Shown: piece after piece, positions 60,787-64,000 of the stretch | How positions within the stretch are numbered: the stretch's first letter is position 1 | How the letters are laid out: each line of letters opens with the position of its first letter | IMG/VR virus record: IMGVR_UViG_3300023174_009220 | Source of the DNA: an uncultured virus (IMG/VR IMGVR_UViG_3300023174_009220) | Lineage: Duplodnaviria > Heunggongvirae > Uroviricota > Caudoviricetes | Length of the DNA stretch: 64,000 bases | Direction: 5' to 3' (one strand) | Program-made: the position numbers and the translations under genes | The notes under the pieces: model-generated | Database searches by the model: none | Told to the model about the DNA's origin: nothing | Seen by the model: only the letters and a program-made list of their open reading frames with translations

Positions 60787-62220
60787 CTAAATAATTGGAA
60801 TATTATTTTCGTAAGATTTTATTTTATCTGCATAGAACTTACCAAAAAGAGTATAGAAGGAGTAAACCAATCCCGTGGGCCAACCATCGTTTTGGGTAGA
60901 TTCGTGTTCTACTATACCGTGTCGACCTTTTTTTTCAATCCACTCCAATATTGATTGACTATAAGCAATAGGCCCTGTAGTTTTTAGAATTTGAAATTTG
61001 ATATCTTCAACTGGATCAAATTGATAGTTTTTCAAATTTTGAATAACCCTTTCAATGCAATGTTGTAAAATCCCATGGCCTTTTGGAAAAATAAGAAACC
61101 AGTTTTGAAATTCACCAAATTGATATTTTAAGATTTTGTGGTGGTATTTTTCTTTCCAGTGTTGAAACACAATCTCTGTTTGGTCTCGTAAGATGTAATC
61201 TAGTGGATAAACGATTGAACTTTTGATATCAAGATAAACTCCTCCTTCTTTATAGATTAGGAGGTATCTAAACAAATCAGACTTAGCGACTCCTATTTTT
61301 ATTCGACTCCAGATATCATAGACCTCACCTGGATAGTTTTGACTAACCCATTTATCACAATCTAAATCAGAAAAATATCGATAGTTCCAATCTGGATTAA
61401 GTCGTTTAATCACATCTATATTTTCTAAAATCTCATCATCTAATTCTTCTAGTTCACCTTTATAGGTTTGGAATATATTTTTCTGGACTAGCAAATTTTG
61501 TTGCTCCAATTCGACAAATGGCCAAAAGTTTAAATCAATTTCGTCTCGGTGGTGTCTGTTTTTATAATCTAATCCTAGAATCGGAAGTGGAGTTTTATTT
61601 AACTGCTTGGTTTTAAGTTCATTATTTCTGATAAAGGTGCATTCAATAACAGAAGGAAACCTATCACCCCAGAAGTTTTTTTCATATGTATTTCCCCAAT
61701 TATTTGCATGGCAATGTATTAGAGTATGTGTTTTTAAGAGTTTTGTCAGAGCCATATTTTTCTCACTACGAGTACTTCCCCAATCTTCACCACAAGTCCC
61801 ATGTAACTCAATAACTATTTGCTTAATTGTGCTTAAATCTACTTCAGAGGAGTTTAGCCATTTCCACTCCCAGCCTTCAATATCCATTTTTAAAAAGATA
61901 TCTGCATACTTATCTAAAAGAGGTTTTAAGTTGGTTTGATCACCAGATTGTAGAGGTCCAATATTCTTTTTTATAAAGAAGATATCACTACCATAAGTGT
62001 GTGGATAAGAATCTATTGTAGCATCAAAAGCAAATGCTGATAGAGCAGGCACTGATATCTTTGTTAAAAAATCTCTACTAAAAGACTCTTCATCATTGAC
62101 TCCACAACTTAAATAGCAATCGTAACCGCCTTCTAAGTCTGCTATTACATATCCACCATCAGAATTTTGACCTAATCTAATTTTTTTATCAAAATGATAG
62201 GTCTGATAAAAGTATTCCAC
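60787..62220 (-). CDS. Fusion of FkbM-like methyltransferase and DxD (GT32-like) glycosyltransferase
   Basis: RLGQNSDGGYV..LKMDIEGWEW..HANN; KSDLFRYLLIYKEGGVYLDIKS..TTGP. Confidence 0.8.
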   Translation of the reverse strand: MEYFYQTYHFDKKIRLGQNSDGGYVIADLEGGYDCYLSCGVNDEESFSRDFLTKISVPALSAFAFDATIDSYPHTYGSDIFFIKKNIGPLQSGDQTNLKPLLDKYADIFLKMDIEGWEWKWLNSSEVDLSTIKQIVIELHGTCGEDWGSTRSEKNMALTKLLKTHTLIHCHANNWGNTYEKNFWGDRFPSVIECTFIRNNELKTKQLNKTPLPILGLDYKNRHHRDEIDLNFWPFVELEQQNLLVQKNIFQTYKGELEELDDEILENIDVIKRLNPDWNYRYFSDLDCDKWVSQNYPGEVYDIWSRIKIGVAKSDLFRYLLIYKEGGVYLDIKSSIVYPLDYILRDQTEIVFQHWKEKYHHKILKYQFGEFQNWFLIFPKGHGILQHCIERVIQNLKNYQFDPVEDIKFQILKTTGPIAYSQSILEWIEKKGRHGIVEHESTQNDGWPTGLVYSFYTLFGKFYADKIKSYENNIPII

Positions 62221-62256
62221 AAATATTATATGAGCATATAATAAATTTGATTAAAT

Positions 62257-62700
62257 CTATTCAGGAAATGTTAGACGATTTTCTAAAGAATCAAGTGAGT
62301 GAACCACTTTAGACTCGGCTAGACGTTTAAACTTTTTTCTACGCTTAGAGACTTCTCTTGTAAAAACCGAAGAACACCATTGTTCAACTTTTTGAGACAA
62401 TCTAATGTCATATCCGACCACTGTATTAATGACTCGTAGATTAGAACTTTCTAAAAATAAATACACGGTGCCACTTGGTGAGTCCCACTCGGCATAAGCC
62501 TCATGAGATTGTGGATTATACATCAAATTAGATTCTGGTTGATGCACAACTTTAGTCCAGATTCGAACTGCTTGTTCTTCACTTAAAGACATTTTTTTAG
62601 GCCGTTTAGCTCGATAGTCCTGGTTAGAAAAGAATTTTGACGAGAAAACAAAAAGTCTTCTTCTAATGTTTGTGTAAGTTTGTTGTAGATTCACTGTCAT
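62257..62700 (-). CDS. Hypothetical protein
   Basis: 147-aa ORF. Confidence 0.65.
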   Translation of the reverse strand: MTVNLQQTYTNIRRRLFVFSSKFFSNQDYRAKRPKKMSLSEEQAVRIWTKVVHQPESNLMYNPQSHEAYAEWDSPSGTVYLFLESSNLRVINTVVGYDIRLSQKVEQWCSSVFTREVSKRRKKFKRLAESKVVHSLDSLENRLTFPE

Positions 62701-62762
62701 GTTTTTTAATTAAGACAAATTTAAGAACTTTTTTTCTAATATAAAAATTATAATGGACTTTT

Positions 62763-62999
62763 TTACCCAAAAAGGTCATCTAGTTTGTGGTCTCTTAGCT
62801 TAGTTACCACAAAACTGTAATCGACCATATATGTAGAGGTTTTATACTCTAAACCCGGCTTTTGTGTTTTATGGGAGTACATAATCTTAATCTTTTTTTC
62901 TCTCTTAACAAATCCCACATACTTCCAACCTGAAGAAATCTTACCCTCCGCCTTTAAAAGGTCAAAATATAATTCTACATCTGCATGACTTACATCCAT
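62763..62999 (-). CDS. Hypothetical protein with C-terminal RDxKLxxLF motif
   Basis: Ends LRDHKLDDLFG; TATATTTG promoter just upstream (minus strand). Confidence 0.7.
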   Translation of the reverse strand: MDVSHADVELYFDLLKAEGKISSGWKYVGFVKREKKIKIMYSHKTQKPGLEYKTSTYMVDYSFVVTKLRDHKLDDLFG

Positions 63000-63140
63000 A
63001 TCAATGCAAATATATTAAAAATTAGGTTTATAAAAAAACGATGTTAAATATCTCCTCTTATTTGCTAATTAGAACAACCTAAATGCTAATAAATATAGGC
63101 ACTTAGGGCAACTTCGCAATTTATTTATAATAAATAAAGT

Positions 63141-63227
63141 ATGAAAAAACTTGAAAATTATTTACCGATAGTAATAGCCTTAGCTTGGGTTGCACTTATC
63201 ACAATTTTAGCAATCACTGTTGCTTAA
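63141..63227 (+). CDS. 28-aa single-TM peptide (not in the ORF track)
   Basis: MKKLENYLPIVIALAWVALITILAITVA; A-rich leader. Confidence 0.45.
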   Translation: MKKLENYLPIVIALAWVALITILAITVA

Positions 63228-63315
63228 GCAAACTTTAGCTGTTTGTTTTTAAGAACCAAAATATAGAAATATAAAAACGAATTCTTAAAGCAGACAATCT
63301 TAAATAGTAAATAAA

Positions 63316-63732
63316 ATGAAATTAATTATTCTACTCTTTTTCACGTCTTTTTCTCCAGTCACTTTTTCTCAAAATTTGATTATACAAGTAGATGAAACAC
63401 AACCCTTCTTTGGTGATAGTTCACAGACAATAGTTGAAATTCTTAATGGCACTTTTTTTGACAATTATTTACCTACAAATTGTAGATATTTTATAAACAC
63501 AACATTAAATTATTTAGACTTTTATAAAAACGACACCTTACAAGCAACTTATCCGATAAAAACTTCCAAAAACCAATCCTTTATTGAAATTGATATTATA
63601 AAACCCCCATTCAATGTAGGTCTCATCTTAAACTTAGAACCTCTTAACCAAATGTGTCTTTATTTTAATATACAACAGTCGTATGTTATTTATTATAAAT
63701 TTACCAAATACGAAATTGTAAAAACACAATAA
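63316..63732 (+). CDS. Secreted hypothetical protein
   Basis: Bacteroidetes-style signal peptide ending TFS/Q. Confidence 0.6.
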   Translation: MKLIILLFFTSFSPVTFSQNLIIQVDETQPFFGDSSQTIVEILNGTFFDNYLPTNCRYFINTTLNYLDFYKNDTLQATYPIKTSKNQSFIEIDIIKPPFNVGLILNLEPLNQMCLYFNIQQSYVIYYKFTKYEIVKTQ

Positions 63733-63873
63733 GTGATTTTTCACATTAAATACAAAATTCCGTTCATTTTTTTGTAAATGTTGACTTTTTTTCTTATCTT
63801 TGTTTCAGAGTTCGAAAATCAAATTGACTAACATTTCTAAAGAGTGGGAGCAAGTAGACTCCACTCTGATCCT

Positions 63874-64000
63874 TTAATTAGACTTGTGGATAATATAATC
63901 TAATAAAGTAGGAAATTTTTGTATTTCTGATGTTCTTACCGAAATACTTCCACACTTCTCTACTAAGTCATCAACTTTTTTGTCATCAGGGGCTTTATTG
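63874..64000 (-). CDS. 3' end of a CDS running off the window
   Basis: Open frame ...NKAPDDKKVDDLVEKCGS...IIHKSN*. Confidence 0.45.
   Translation of the reverse strand, partial: NKAPDDKKVDDLVEKCGSISVRTSEIQKFPTLLDYIIHKSN

Overview
This is a 64 kb segment of a large, AT-rich tailed bacteriophage genome (jumbo/huge myophage-like, standard genetic code) that most likely infects Bacteroidetes. Host evidence: TAnnTTTG/-33 TTTG promoters, a Bacteroidetes-type primary sigma factor, T9SS C-terminal domains and a DUF1573 protein. It holds a baseplate module (gp5-like hub, CHAP/NlpC-type hydrolase, gp53- and gp48-like proteins), tail-fibre-like genes and two further lysins (GH19, GH108). Host-like genes include purA, def, an FKBP PPIase, clpP, a lone paaA, terC, thioredoxin, sigma70 and an ABC exporter. 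Many small ORFans are interspersed. Most notable signals: (1) a ~900-nt independently promoted, highly structured RNA next to tRNA-Asp (GOLLD-like candidate), followed by a tRNA-like RNA with an expanded D-loop; (2) a ~260-nt promoter-to-terminator structured RNA with a perfect 6-nt kissing loop; (3) a nested split/intact tRNA-Glu arrangement with 22-bp direct repeats around a Vsr/DUF559-type endonuclease; (4) two peptide-tag families, an N-terminal T4-CTS-like 'MKxIKxFxxFE' on late TATATA-driven genes and a C-terminal 'R-x-x-K-L-x-x-L' on unrelated small proteins; (5) phage-encoded T9SS cargo proteins. All calls come from reading motifs by eye; no database searches were run.
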